Shown: positions 36,759 to 47,839 of the stretch, piece by piece | Layout of the letters: every line of letters starts with the position of its first letter | How positions within the stretch are numbered: the first letter of the stretch is position 1 | Origin: Kiritimatiellia bacterium | Lineage (GTDB): Bacteria > Verrucomicrobiota > Kiritimatiellia > CAIQIC01 > Lenti-01 | DNA: 64,000 bases | Assembly: GCA_050176815.1 (NCBI GenBank) | Contig: JBFXHR010000004.1 | Span: forward strand, 19,927 to 83,926 | Direction of reading: 5' to 3' | Translations under genes and position numbers: made by a program | Notes under the pieces: generated by a model | What the model was told of the DNA's origin: nothing | The model's input: only the letters and a program-made list of their open reading frames with translations | The model's database searches: none

Positions 36759-37412
36759 ATGGCGGGGCCGTTTGATTCGCGTTCGGCTTCCAATGTCCGC
36801 CGTCCGGTCAAGGACCCCGGACCCCGGATCTCCGGCCTTTTCCTCCATGCCTCCGCAGTGGTCGTGGGCGGCGGGGCGGTCCTGTTTCTGGGGCATTCCA
36901 CGGCGGGGAAGAGCACGATCGCGCGGTTGCTGGGGACGACGTTCCCCGTTTTGGCCGACGATGCCGTGTTCGCCTCGAAGGGCGCGGATGGCGCATGGCG
37001 GGTGGTGGATGGCGGGTTCCGGTTCGGGAAGGGCTGGAACTTGGCCGGTTGGCAGGAATTCGTGCGGAAACGCTCCGCGGCCGGGGAGGGGATTCCGCTG
37101 CGGGGCTGCCTGCGCATATACAAGGCGGAAACGGCGAGAATCGACCCTCTGGAACCGTTGGAACTGGCCCGTTGCCTGATGGATGCGGCCATGGAAATCG
37201 ACTTGCAGCGCAAGGTGGGCCGATCGATAAAGGGGATGCCGCCGGGCCCGCAAGCCTTGGAACCCGTCCGCCGGAAGCGTCGGCAATGGTTCGGCTGGGT
37301 TGCGGAGATTGCGCGGGGTTGCCCGGGTTGGAATCTTTGGTTTTCCAAGGATTTTCCGGAAACCCAATTGGCCCGGATAATCCGGACGGCAATAGAAGGC
37401 GGGATGGTCTGA
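36759..37412 (+). CDS. HPr-kinase-C-terminal-domain-like P-loop kinase
   Basis: GHSTAGKST Walker A in an HprK-C-like context (LFLGHSTAGKSTIA), 217 aa. Confidence 0.55.
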   Translation: MAGPFDSRSASNVRRPVKDPGPRISGLFLHASAVVVGGGAVLFLGHSTAGKSTIARLLGTTFPVLADDAVFASKGADGAWRVVDGGFRFGKGWNLAGWQEFVRKRSAAGEGIPLRGCLRIYKAETARIDPLEPLELARCLMDAAMEIDLQRKVGRSIKGMPPGPQALEPVRRKRRQWFGWVAEIARGCPGWNLWFSKDFPETQLARIIRTAIEGGMV

Positions 37413-37474
37413 ACCGGTCGACCGGATATCGGATCGACTGCGCCGCGGGGGGGCATGGATCGTGGAAAGAAAAA

Positions 37475-37506
37475 CCGGCAGCGGGTGCTGCCGGTTGCTT
37501 TTCAGG
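37475..37506. terminator. bidirectional rho-independent terminator
   Basis: CCGGCAGC-GGGT-GCTGCCGG stem-loop followed by TTGCTTTT on + and preceded by the equivalent TTTTTCTTT on -. It sits between convergent genes ending at 37412 and 37536. Confidence 0.55.
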
Positions 37507-37535
37507 GGCGCGTGACCGCGCCGGAAGCGATGGGT

Positions 37536-37928
37536 TTATTCCACCACGGCGATCGTTTTGACGGTGAACAAGCGGTTGGCATCCACGCCGACGGCTTCGA
37601 CGGTCTTGCCGTCTTTGTCGGCCAGGGTTTTGCCTTCGCCGTTCACGATATCTATCTTGTATCCGTGGCCTTCCGTCGGATTGACGTAGATGGCGAGCAA
37701 CGCGCCGTCGGCGCCGTTGACGACGCTGACTTCGCCCTTGACGGTGATTTCCACGGCCGCAGCAACCACGGGTGCTGCCGCTTCCGCAACCGGCGCCGCG
37801 ATGGCCTCCACCGCGGCCTCGACCGGCGCGGCCACCGATTCTTCCGCCGGAGCGAGATCCTGGGCGCTGGCCGATGCCACCGCAAAACCGAGCGCGAACA
37901 GCGCAACCATTCCAATCAACTTCTTCAT
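37536..37928 (-). CDS. secreted hypothetical protein with Ala/Val/Pro/Glu-rich linker
   Basis: Signal peptide MKKLIGMVALFALGFAVASASA; low-complexity APVEAAVEAIAAP linker; about 70-aa beta-rich C-terminal domain. Confidence 0.5.
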   Translation of the reverse strand: MKKLIGMVALFALGFAVASASAQDLAPAEESVAAPVEAAVEAIAAPVAEAAAPVVAAAVEITVKGEVSVVNGADGALLAIYVNPTEGHGYKIDIVNGEGKTLADKDGKTVEAVGVDANRLFTVKTIAVVE

Positions 37929-38170
37929 GCGACCTCTTTCTTTCTGCCTTCCATCGAAAGGCAGGGAATACCGTGCTCCCGCAGACCGGAAAGCTCAATC
38001 AAAATGGAGACGGAGCGGTAGAACGCGATACGATGAAAGAAATAGCGGCGGGGCGGCGACCGGGGATATCCATCGAAGCAGAATCCGGCTTATCGTTTGC
38101 CGTTGGGAGGCCGCGCGGATTGACGGGCGGGCCCCATTGGGTTTCAATCCCGGCAGATGGAAGCGATGCG

Positions 38171-38653
38171 ATGAACCGAAGGATTTGGATATGGGGTATT
38201 TTCCTTCTGGGGGCCGGGTGCGTACGGATCGACATGCCGGGACCCGCGGCGGTCCCCGGGCATGCCGTGCCGGCCGGCGTGGTGCAGGTGGACGGGACGT
38301 GCGTCCTTCCGGCCGAGGGTCCCGCCGTGGAGCGGGGCGTGCTGGTGGCGCGGTTGCATGAATACGATCCGCGCCTTGTTGATTCCCAGGCGCGCGAAGT
38401 CGGCCGGACGACGGTGCCGGGCCTCTCCCATCGGCCGGGGGAAAAGACTTCGGTGCGCTTCGCCGTCGCCGGGCGGACCACGGACGCCATGGCGCACTAC
38501 CTGACGGTCGCCGTCTATCCGGAAGGCGCGCCGGCCGGACAGGCGGGATTGTACTTCCTCGATGGTTTCCGGCAGGTGCTGGCGGATGGCAACCGGGAGG
38601 CCTTGCGCATTACGCTGACCCCCGTCCCCGAAGAGGGCGGACCCTCAAACTAG
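38171..38653 (+). CDS. hypothetical lipoprotein
   Basis: MNRRIWIWGIFLLGAGC lipoprotein signal; the ORF-track frame is open further upstream. Confidence 0.45.
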   Translation: MNRRIWIWGIFLLGAGCVRIDMPGPAAVPGHAVPAGVVQVDGTCVLPAEGPAVERGVLVARLHEYDPRLVDSQAREVGRTTVPGLSHRPGEKTSVRFAVAGRTTDAMAHYLTVAVYPEGAPAGQAGLYFLDGFRQVLADGNREALRITLTPVPEEGGPSN

Positions 38654-38725
38654 GCCGGGCGGCGCCTTTCCCGCTTGCGTCCGAGGGGCGGCGCGGAGCA
38701 CACTTCCATCTCAAGTACAGGAGAC

Positions 38726-40228
38726 ATGAGCTTCATGAAAACCCGTCGGATCGTCGGTGTTTTTTTTGCTTGGGGTTTGGTTGTCATTTCTTTTTCATCC
38801 GCGACAACGCGCTACGTGGACGTGTCGAATGCGACGCCGGCGGCGCCGTTCACCAACTGGGGAACGGCCGCCACGGCCATCCAGCCGGCGATTGATGAAG
38901 CGGCCAACGGCGACGAGATCCTCGTGGCGCCGGGAACATATCTGCTGGGCGGCAGCGCCGTGACGCTGCCCGTCGAAAAAACGCTGGCGCTGCGGAGCAC
39001 CCAACGCCGCGCGGCCACCATCGATGCGCAGGGGCAGAGCGCAGGGCTTTTGGCGTACGGCACCAATTGTCTCGTCGAGGGTTTTACCGTCCGCAACGGG
39101 GCGAACAGCGGCTATGGCGGCGGGATCGTGGTGGCACGGGGCTCGACGGTGCGGGACTGCCTCGTCGTCGGCAATCGCTCCGACGCCGGCGGGGGGGGCA
39201 TTGAGCTTTACGAGTATGCCACGGTCGCGGACTGCACGATTCAAAGCAACGCCGCCAATCATATCGGCGGAGGCGTCGTGTTGTACAGCGGCACCACGGG
39301 GGTGTTGCGAAACTGCACGATCGCCGACAACGTCGTGACCGGCAGCTACGGCAGCGGCGGGGGCGTGTATGTCCAGTTCGGCGGGATGGTCTCCAACTGC
39401 TGGATCGCCCACAACCGCGTCACCTCCCCGGACGGAGAAGGTGGCGGCGTCTACATGTACACCCAGGGCACCGGCCAGACGGGAACCCTCGTCAATGCCG
39501 TCGTGTACGGCAACTGGGCGGAGATCCGCGGTGGCGGAGTATATTCCATCGGGCCGGCCGGCACGCTGCAGCCCGTGATCAACTGTACGATCGTCTCCAA
39601 CGCCGCCGGTGCGGACGGAGGCGGGGTCTATGCCCAAACGACGCGCTTCATCAACGACATCATCTATTTCAATTCGGCGCCGAGCAATGCCAACCTGAAC
39701 GCAGAAGATGCGAAGCATTCCTGCGTCATCAGCAACTGCTGCACGACCTCCAACTACTTCGGCTCGAACATCACGAACGCCCCGGCCTTCGTGGATGCGG
39801 GCGCGGGGGATTTCCGGCTGGCGACGGCATCGTTCTGCATCGACGCCGGCATGACCAACGGCGCGCCGCGGACGGACGTCGAAGGCCATCCGAGGCCCTG
39901 CGTCGGCAAACCGGGCGGGCCGGCTTTGCCGGATATCGGCGCGTACGAATACGGTTTCCATTTCAATCGGATTCAAATGGTCTCCACCAACGGAGCGCAA
40001 TTCGAGTGGGACGTCCAGGACCGGGGCATCTACCGTCTGGATTTGGCGACGAATTCGGCGACGGATCCGGGGCACGTGGTTTGGCAATCCGTTGGAGGAG
40101 GAGGGTATACCAATCTTGGCATGGCGCTGGGGCAGTTCCTTGTGCACACGCAAACGGTGACGGGTTCGGGACCGATTCCGGCCGGCGCCATGTTTCGCCT
40201 GCGCATCAGCCACACCTTGGGCAAATGA
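38726..40228 (+). CDS. secreted right-handed parallel beta-helix repeat protein
   Basis: AGGAG SD; signal peptide; repeated G/N/T-rich beta-helix coils (GGGIVVARGSTVRDC, GGGVVLYSG, NCTIADN). Confidence 0.7.
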   Translation: MSFMKTRRIVGVFFAWGLVVISFSSATTRYVDVSNATPAAPFTNWGTAATAIQPAIDEAANGDEILVAPGTYLLGGSAVTLPVEKTLALRSTQRRAATIDAQGQSAGLLAYGTNCLVEGFTVRNGANSGYGGGIVVARGSTVRDCLVVGNRSDAGGGGIELYEYATVADCTIQSNAANHIGGGVVLYSGTTGVLRNCTIADNVVTGSYGSGGGVYVQFGGMVSNCWIAHNRVTSPDGEGGGVYMYTQGTGQTGTLVNAVVYGNWAEIRGGGVYSIGPAGTLQPVINCTIVSNAAGADGGGVYAQTTRFINDIIYFNSAPSNANLNAEDAKHSCVISNCCTTSNYFGSNITNAPAFVDAGAGDFRLATASFCIDAGMTNGAPRTDVEGHPRPCVGKPGGPALPDIGAYEYGFHFNRIQMVSTNGAQFEWDVQDRGIYRLDLATNSATDPGHVVWQSVGGGGYTNLGMALGQFLVHTQTVTGSGPIPAGAMFRLRISHTLGK

Positions 40229-41052
40229 TGGGATCGGGTTCGATGGCCGAAGACTTGGGTCCGGAGCAGGCGGTGCATGGGTCCCCTTGGGGCCAGATGC
40301 ACGGCGGATATTTTTCGGATCCTGCGGTCGCGCAGCCGTTGGTCGATGCGGTGCGCGACGTCTGGAGGCGAATGCGGCCGGACCGGATCGTGGATTTGGG
40401 CGGGGGCACGGGTTTCCTGCTTTCGCGGCTGCGGGTGGCCGGCTTTGGCGCGGATGCCGTCCTGGTGAATCTCGACGGCTCGGTGCCGCAGCTTTCCGAA
40501 GCCGAAAAGGCCGGGTTTGCATGCATCCGCGGCTCGGTGGATGCTTTCCGCCGCTCCGAAGCGGCGCCGCCCGGCCAGCCAACGCTGTGGGTCATGCGGT
40601 CGGTGCTGCATTACGCGGGCGAAGGCGGCCTGGACGCGGTGCTGCGGCATCTGCGGGCGCAGGCCGAGCCGGGCGAAGGCTGGGTGCACCAGACCGCGTG
40701 CTTCGAGCGGGAGGAAGACGCCGACTGCTTGAATGCGCTGTATCGAAAAATGCGCACGGGCAAATGGTATCCGACCGTCGCCGATCTGCGGGCGCGGATG
40801 GCGGCGGCCGGGTGGCGGACGGAAACCGTGCGGCCCGCGCCGCCGCTGCATCTGGAATCCGGCGATCTGGGGATCCGCTACGGATTAAACAAAGAAGACT
40901 TGGCGGCCATCCGCTCCGAAATGGAGACGGAATTCGGGGGGCGAAGTTCTACTTTTCAGACGACGTCGGCCGGATTCCATGCCGATCTGCACTACCGCAT
41001 TTTCGTCTGCCGGGCGGCGGTTCAACCCTTGCACCCGGCGGGAATTCGGTAG
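40225..41052 (+). CDS. class I SAM-dependent methyltransferase
   Basis: ATGA overlap with the beta-helix gene; VDLGGGTGFL SAM motif. Confidence 0.65.
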   Translation: MMGSGSMAEDLGPEQAVHGSPWGQMHGGYFSDPAVAQPLVDAVRDVWRRMRPDRIVDLGGGTGFLLSRLRVAGFGADAVLVNLDGSVPQLSEAEKAGFACIRGSVDAFRRSEAAPPGQPTLWVMRSVLHYAGEGGLDAVLRHLRAQAEPGEGWVHQTACFEREEDADCLNALYRKMRTGKWYPTVADLRARMAAAGWRTETVRPAPPLHLESGDLGIRYGLNKEDLAAIRSEMETEFGGRSSTFQTTSAGFHADLHYRIFVCRAAVQPLHPAGIR

Positions 41053-42650
41053 AGTCCCCCGGAAATCCGAACCAGATCGTCCAGCGAATGCGCGGACAGG
41101 AGATCCGTCGTGGCCGCGGCGGGACCGATCCCGAGATCGGCCACCGTCTTCACGATGCCGGCGGAACGCAGGGTTTCTTTCGCGGCGGCGCCGATCGACA
41201 GCCCGACGGGCGTGTCGCCCGCGACGGCCGCGACGGCCTTCTGGCGCGTAGCGCTGTCCGGGCATTTGTCGAGATAGGCGATGCCGATTTCCGTCACGAC
41301 GTGCGTGACCTGGTCGCCCGCGATCATGACCGGCGGCTCGGGGAAGATGCCGTCCTTGTGCAGTTGCTGGGCGTCGAGCTCCTCGACGAACACGGGAATG
41401 TTCTTCTTTTCGGAACGCGTGGGCGTGAGCTGGACCACCAGCTTTCGGCCGCGGAAGACCTGTTCGCGGGTGCCGCCGGCGGCGGTGGTGGCCGCCGTGT
41501 TGTGGCGGCGTCCCGGAGGCGTGCCGCCAAGGTTGGGCGCGCCGCCAAAGCCGGCAATCATGCCCTTGATGGCCGTCGACGAATTGCCGAAGCGATCGAT
41601 CTGGAGCGTCGCGCCGATGAACAGGTCGATGGCGTAAAGTCCCGCGATATGCGCGCAGCAGCGGTTGGAACGCATGGAACCGTCGGGACCGACGGCGAAG
41701 ATGTCCGGCCGCGCCTGCACGTAGTCGTCCATGCCCGGCTCGCCTCCGAACGCGTAGACGTGTTCGACGAAGCCCGCCTCGATGGCCGGGATGAGCGTGG
41801 GATGGGGGTTGAGCACCCACCGCGTCGCCACCTTGCCCTTGAGGCCGAGCTGCGCGCCGTAGGTCGGCAGCAGCAGCTCGATGGCGGCGGTGGCGTAGCC
41901 GAGGCCGTGGTTGAGCGCCTGCACGCCGTAGGGCGCGTAGATGCCCTTCAGCGCCATCATCGCCATCAGGATCTGCTGGTTCGTGATCTTGCCCGGATCG
42001 CGCGTGAAGAGCGGCTGCAAGTGGTAGCCTTCGTTCGTCACGACGATGAAATCGACCCACGACGCGGGGACGTCCACGCGCGGCAGTTGCGCCAGTTTTT
42101 TCTTCGCCTGCACGATCACGACGCCCATCTTGAAGCGCGTGGCTTCGGCGATCAACGGGGTGTCCTCGGTGTTGTTGCCGGTGTAGATGTTGCCGGCCTC
42201 GTCGCAGGCCTCGGCGACGAGGATGGCGACCTGCGGATAGAGATCCACGAAATACCGGCCGTAGAGTTCGAGATAGGTGTGGATTGCGCCGATCTTCACC
42301 TTCTTTTCGGCGGCGAGCTGGTAGAGCGCCTTGGACTGCGGGCCCGAATAGGCGAAATCGAGGCGCTCGGCGATGCCGAGGCGGAACAAATCGAGGTGTT
42401 CGTTCAGCACGAGCGTGGACTGCGTCATGTGCAGGTGGTTCACCTGCGCGGGGTCCAGCTTGACCATCTCGCGCGCAAAGAAATCGGCCTGCTTCTGGTT
42501 GTCGCCCTCGATGCAGACGCGGTCGCCGCTGCGCACGACGGCCTGCAGCAGCGCCAAGGCGTTTTCCTTGGCGACGAATTTGCCATGGGCGACGGGGGCG
42601 GCCGCGCGGACGCGGGAGAGGTAGCTGTCGCGAAGACGATCGAATTTCAT
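41022..42650 (-). CDS. malonate decarboxylase alpha-subunit-like CoA/ACP-transferase (MdcA/CitF superfamily), stand-alone
   Basis: 542 aa containing IEGDNQKQADFF, which resembles the MdcA N-terminal motif. Confidence 0.65.
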   Translation of the reverse strand: MKFDRLRDSYLSRVRAAAPVAHGKFVAKENALALLQAVVRSGDRVCIEGDNQKQADFFAREMVKLDPAQVNHLHMTQSTLVLNEHLDLFRLGIAERLDFAYSGPQSKALYQLAAEKKVKIGAIHTYLELYGRYFVDLYPQVAILVAEACDEAGNIYTGNNTEDTPLIAEATRFKMGVVIVQAKKKLAQLPRVDVPASWVDFIVVTNEGYHLQPLFTRDPGKITNQQILMAMMALKGIYAPYGVQALNHGLGYATAAIELLLPTYGAQLGLKGKVATRWVLNPHPTLIPAIEAGFVEHVYAFGGEPGMDDYVQARPDIFAVGPDGSMRSNRCCAHIAGLYAIDLFIGATLQIDRFGNSSTAIKGMIAGFGGAPNLGGTPPGRRHNTAATTAAGGTREQVFRGRKLVVQLTPTRSEKKNIPVFVEELDAQQLHKDGIFPEPPVMIAGDQVTHVVTEIGIAYLDKCPDSATRQKAVAAVAGDTPVGLSIGAAAKETLRSAGIVKTVADLGIGPAAATTDLLSAHSLDDLVRISGGLYRIPAGCKG

Positions 42651-42736
42651 GGCGCATCCTTTCGCATGGGGAGCTCGTTTTTAGCTGAAAAGGCAGTGGA
42701 AACCAACGATGAACTTGTTTCTGGGGGAGGCATGGA

Positions 42737-43300
42737 TCAGAGGAGCTTGAGCAGAGCCGCCTGCACGGGGTGGGAGGCGGGGCGAAGAACGAACGTCTTT
42801 CCCTCTTTGGCCACCCAACCGGATTCCCGAAGGATACGAAGATGTTTTTTCAGGTTGTCGGGGCCGGTCCGGACGAGGTTCGCCAATTGGTCGGCGTCCC
42901 CAGGTTGCTGCAACAGGGCGCGGACGAGAGCGACGCGTCGCTCGCAGGCCAGGCCCTTGGCCAGCCGGGCGACCTCATCGATCCCGTTGCAGTTTCCGTT
43001 CCAGGCGGCCTGCAGCGCCTTGAGCAGGGGGGCGGCCGAAGGAACCTGTGGGTCGGGAATGGGCAGATAGACCACGGATGTGCCTGGACAGGAACGTTTG
43101 AAGAAACCGCGCGATTGCAGGCGGCGGAGCTCCTGGCTGGCATCGGAAATCCCGGTTCCCAGCCGTTCCGCCAGCTGGGAGACGTTGAGACCGGGCTGTT
43201 CGAGGACGTGGCGGAGCAGACCCAATCGCGTGCGGCCGGTCAAGACGCGGCAGGTTCGCCACAGGGTGGGGTTCAGTTGCTTCATGGCGGGTCCTTTCAT
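42737..43300 (-). CDS. ArsR/SmtB-like winged-helix transcriptional regulator
   Basis: N-terminal LWRTCRVLTGRTRLGLLRHVLEQPGLNVSQLAERLG HTH; 187 aa. Confidence 0.55.
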   Translation of the reverse strand: MKGPAMKQLNPTLWRTCRVLTGRTRLGLLRHVLEQPGLNVSQLAERLGTGISDASQELRRLQSRGFFKRSCPGTSVVYLPIPDPQVPSAAPLLKALQAAWNGNCNGIDEVARLAKGLACERRVALVRALLQQPGDADQLANLVRTGPDNLKKHLRILRESGWVAKEGKTFVLRPASHPVQAALLKLL

Positions 43301-43306
43301 CGGATT

Positions 43307-43381
43307 CCGGGTATTGTTTTATAAAACAATATCCGGATTGGCAATGGGAAACCGGGTACTGTTTTATAAAACAGTACCTGG
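43307..43381. promoter_or_regulatory. pair of 30-bp near-perfect palindromes (CCGGGTAyTGTTTTA|TAAAACArTAyCyGG), candidate operator sites
   Basis: Two palindromes with centres about 45 bp apart, immediately upstream of the regulator start codon. Coordinates are +/-2. Confidence 0.5.
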
Positions 43382-43418
43382 ACGAACGGGGCGAGGGGGG
43401 GCACTGAATCCGGGAAGG

Positions 43419-46097
<2,679 letters not shown>

Positions 46098-46289
46098 GGT
46101 GATCTCCTCGAAGAAAATGTCGTTGAAAAGTACCCGCTGGCGCCGTTCGCCGCAATCAAAAGAATCGGTCTCGCGCCGCCGCAAAGGCCAGGGCATTTTC
46201 ATATATTGAACAGCCGCCGATTTCGCTGTAGGCCGAGTACCCCCACCCGGCGGATGCCCGCCCGGTCAGGGACCGGGCGGGGGCGATCG

Positions 46290-46817
46290 TCAGACATCGA
46301 ACAAGGACCAGCACTTTTTGTTGCGGCGTTTCTGGTCGTCGAGGACGAGGGCACGGATGGCGGCGGGCAGGCGGGCGCGCTGCCAGCGGCATTCGCGGCG
46401 GCCGGCGGCGTCGCGCTTGGCTTCGGGCGTTGCCGCGCGGACGGCGCGGATTGCATAGGCCGCCGCGCCCAGCTCGTGGTCGGCCATGTGCGCCACGGCG
46501 ACGGCGTGGCCGGCGGCGCGGGCGGCTTCCTTCGCGGCGCCGGGGGCCGCGCGGGCCGCGGCGTGCGCGGCATAGGCGGCCTCGCGGGCCTGCGTCATCG
46601 TGATTTTTTCCCGCGCCCAGGCGCGGGCCGCTTCGATCGCGCGCCGCGGCCGGGCGTCGCCGGGACGCGCCTGCTCGAACAGCGGCAGCACGCGCTCCGC
46701 GCACGCCGCCGCCCACGTCGCCAGCCGGCGGTGATCGGCGTCCACCAGCGTGCCGCCGCGCCGGAGGGTGATGAACCGCGGATCGCGCTTCGAAGCGAAG
46801 AGGATTTGGTTTTTCAT
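46290..46817 (-). CDS. hypothetical Ala-rich helical protein
   Basis: 175 aa; 4-nt overlap with the upstream GNAT gene. Confidence 0.4.
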   Translation of the reverse strand: MKNQILFASKRDPRFITLRRGGTLVDADHRRLATWAAACAERVLPLFEQARPGDARPRRAIEAARAWAREKITMTQAREAAYAAHAAARAAPGAAKEAARAAGHAVAVAHMADHELGAAAYAIRAVRAATPEAKRDAAGRRECRWQRARLPAAIRALVLDDQKRRNKKCWSLFDV

Positions 46818-47347
46818 CGTGCTCGGAGAACTTCAGGGTTTTGAGGCCGGGCGTCGGACTGGAGCAGGGCCATGCAGAGGGAATCTTCGGGGACGCCGTC
46901 GAGGCAGCGGGCTTGGCGTTTGCGGCCTTCTTCGACGAAGCCGAATTTGCGGTAGAGCGCGATGGCGCGGGCGTTGGCGGCGAAGACTTCCAGTTCGATC
47001 CGGGTCAGGCCTTTTTGGAAGGCGTCGGCGACGGTGGCTGCCAACAGGCGCGCGCCGATTTTTTGGCCGCGGTATTCGGGCAGGAGGCCGAGCCCGAGCC
47101 GGCCGACGTGCGTCAGGCCGGGGCGTTCGTCGCGGACGACGTCGCACCAGCCGACGACTTGGCCGTCGCGGACGGCATAGAACTGGCTCCAGCCCTTGGC
47201 GAGGACTTGGGCGATGAAGTTCCGGACGGATTCGAGCGGCGGGGCTTCCCGGAAGATCAGGTAGCGGTGCTCGCGGGCGACGACGTCCAGCGCCTGCCGG
47301 AAGCTATCGGCCAGGTCGCGGGTCGCGGGCTGGATGAGGATGTCCAT
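46814..47347 (-). CDS. GNAT-family N-acetyltransferase
   Basis: RGQKIGARLL acetyl-CoA-binding motif; 177 aa. Confidence 0.8.
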   Translation of the reverse strand: MDILIQPATRDLADSFRQALDVVAREHRYLIFREAPPLESVRNFIAQVLAKGWSQFYAVRDGQVVGWCDVVRDERPGLTHVGRLGLGLLPEYRGQKIGARLLAATVADAFQKGLTRIELEVFAANARAIALYRKFGFVEEGRKRQARCLDGVPEDSLCMALLQSDARPQNPEVLRAR

Positions 47348-47839
47348 GGGGCGGGGGGGCTTAGCATGTGAAAATCATAATCCGGCTAAAACTAAAAAAA
47401 GGGACCACAATATCCAATAACCAATATCCAAGGGGACTGCGAAACACGCGAAAAACGAGAAAAACGGCTTAAAACAGGCCAAAAACATCGAAATATGGCC
47501 TAAACACGGTCCCAAAAACGCAAAACGGACAAAATACATCGATTTTCGGCTGGAAAACACGAAAAAATTAGAAAAACAGGGTGGATTTAAGACTTTTCCT
47601 GCGCATTTCCTGTTTTCCTGCATATTTTCGGGTTTTGGACTGTGTTGGGCCGAAAAATGCCGAGTGGACGCTCGTCGATCCCCGGGGAGGGGGAGAGGAG
47701 GACGGAACATCCAACATCCAATGGCCAAAGTCCATTTTCCGGGGGAAGAGGCGGGGGGGCGGCATGAAAAAATTGGAATGAAGTGGACGGCGGAGCGTGG
47801 TAGGGTCGCGCATTCATTTTTTTGCAAAGGCGGCAGGCG
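47348..47839. promoter_or_regulatory. AT-rich intergenic island with phased A-tracts, heptamer repeats and a long imperfect inverted repeat
   Basis: Local GC is far below the window average. AAAAC tracts recur every 10-12 bp across 47440-47580, and their complement (TTTTCC) across 47590-47660. (AAyATCC)n repeats at 47408-47431 and 47706-47730. Confidence 0.5.

Noticed and set aside
37536-37928. Secreted Ala/Val-rich protein as the precursor peptide of the rSAM module
   Set aside because: It is convergent and separated from the module by a bidirectional terminator. It has a Sec signal peptide and a 130-aa size atypical for RiPP precursors. It is kept only as a remote possibility.
46098-46289. 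GC hairpin CCCGCCCGG-N7-CCGGGCGGG between the hypothetical gene and acnA as a terminator, and a tRNA search in intergenic regions
   Set aside because: The hairpin lacks a downstream U-tract on the relevant strand, so it is at most a weak terminator. No intergenic segment shows tRNA-like cloverleaf features (conserved GTTC/TPsiC arm).
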